A stretch of 59,197 nucleotides of DNA, filler included, from Sphacelaria rigidula (Eukaryota), in assembly GCA_964200075.2 (NCBI GenBank). It is 5 parts of 5 records of this genome, joined end to end, with 100 filler letters (N's around TTAATTAATTAA, not from the genome) between each part and the next. Parts side by side here need not be neighbours in the genome. Positions count along the whole stretch, not along the records: positions 47,441 to 59,197 come from CAXNAA020004544.1; 4 more parts are not named here. One strand, given 5' to 3'. Made by a program: the position numbers and the translations under genes. The notes below the pieces were generated by a model. That model saw only the letters and a list, made by a program, of their open reading frames with translations. It had not been told where the DNA came from and searched no databases. Numbering within the stretch: the stretch's first letter is position 1; each line of letters starts with the position of its first letter. Of the stretch, positions 59,181-59,197 are shown piece after piece.

Positions 59181-59197
59181 ATCATGACCTGCTGGGT

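Overview
Eukaryotic, intron- and transposon-rich DNA. The intron style, bipartite plastid presequence and repeat families suggest a brown alga or other photosynthetic stramenopile (inference). The window is not one locus. Four 100-bp N spacers with a TTAATTAATTAA linker join five contigs of steadily decreasing length (11761, 11761, 11759, 11759, 11757 bp), so nothing can be linked across the gaps. Contig 1 holds the last exon of a protein kinase and a phase-consistent 6-exon hypothetical gene. Contig 2 holds the first exon of a SpoU/TrmH RNA methyltransferase, divergent from the first exon of a plastid-targeted poly-Gly protein. It also holds a 5.7-kb Gypsy-like LTR element (404-bp LTRs, tRNA-Lys-like PBS, decayed integrase, Tudor-like C-terminal remnant, nested insertions). 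Contig 3 holds a spliced hAT transposase remnant and the 3' part of a gene with a 4.1-kb low-complexity terminal exon. Contig 4 holds a decayed, possibly viral ORF patch, a 5-exon gene fragment with a probable GC-AG intron and several fold-back MITEs. Contig 5 holds two exons of a PMP34/SLC25A17-like carrier whose intron is packed with SINEs and Tc1/mariner- and piggyBac-type MITEs. No clearly new multi-gene system is demonstrable. The best lead is the Gypsy element with a Tudor-like module after the integrase. All family assignments come from motif recognition by eye, not from searches.
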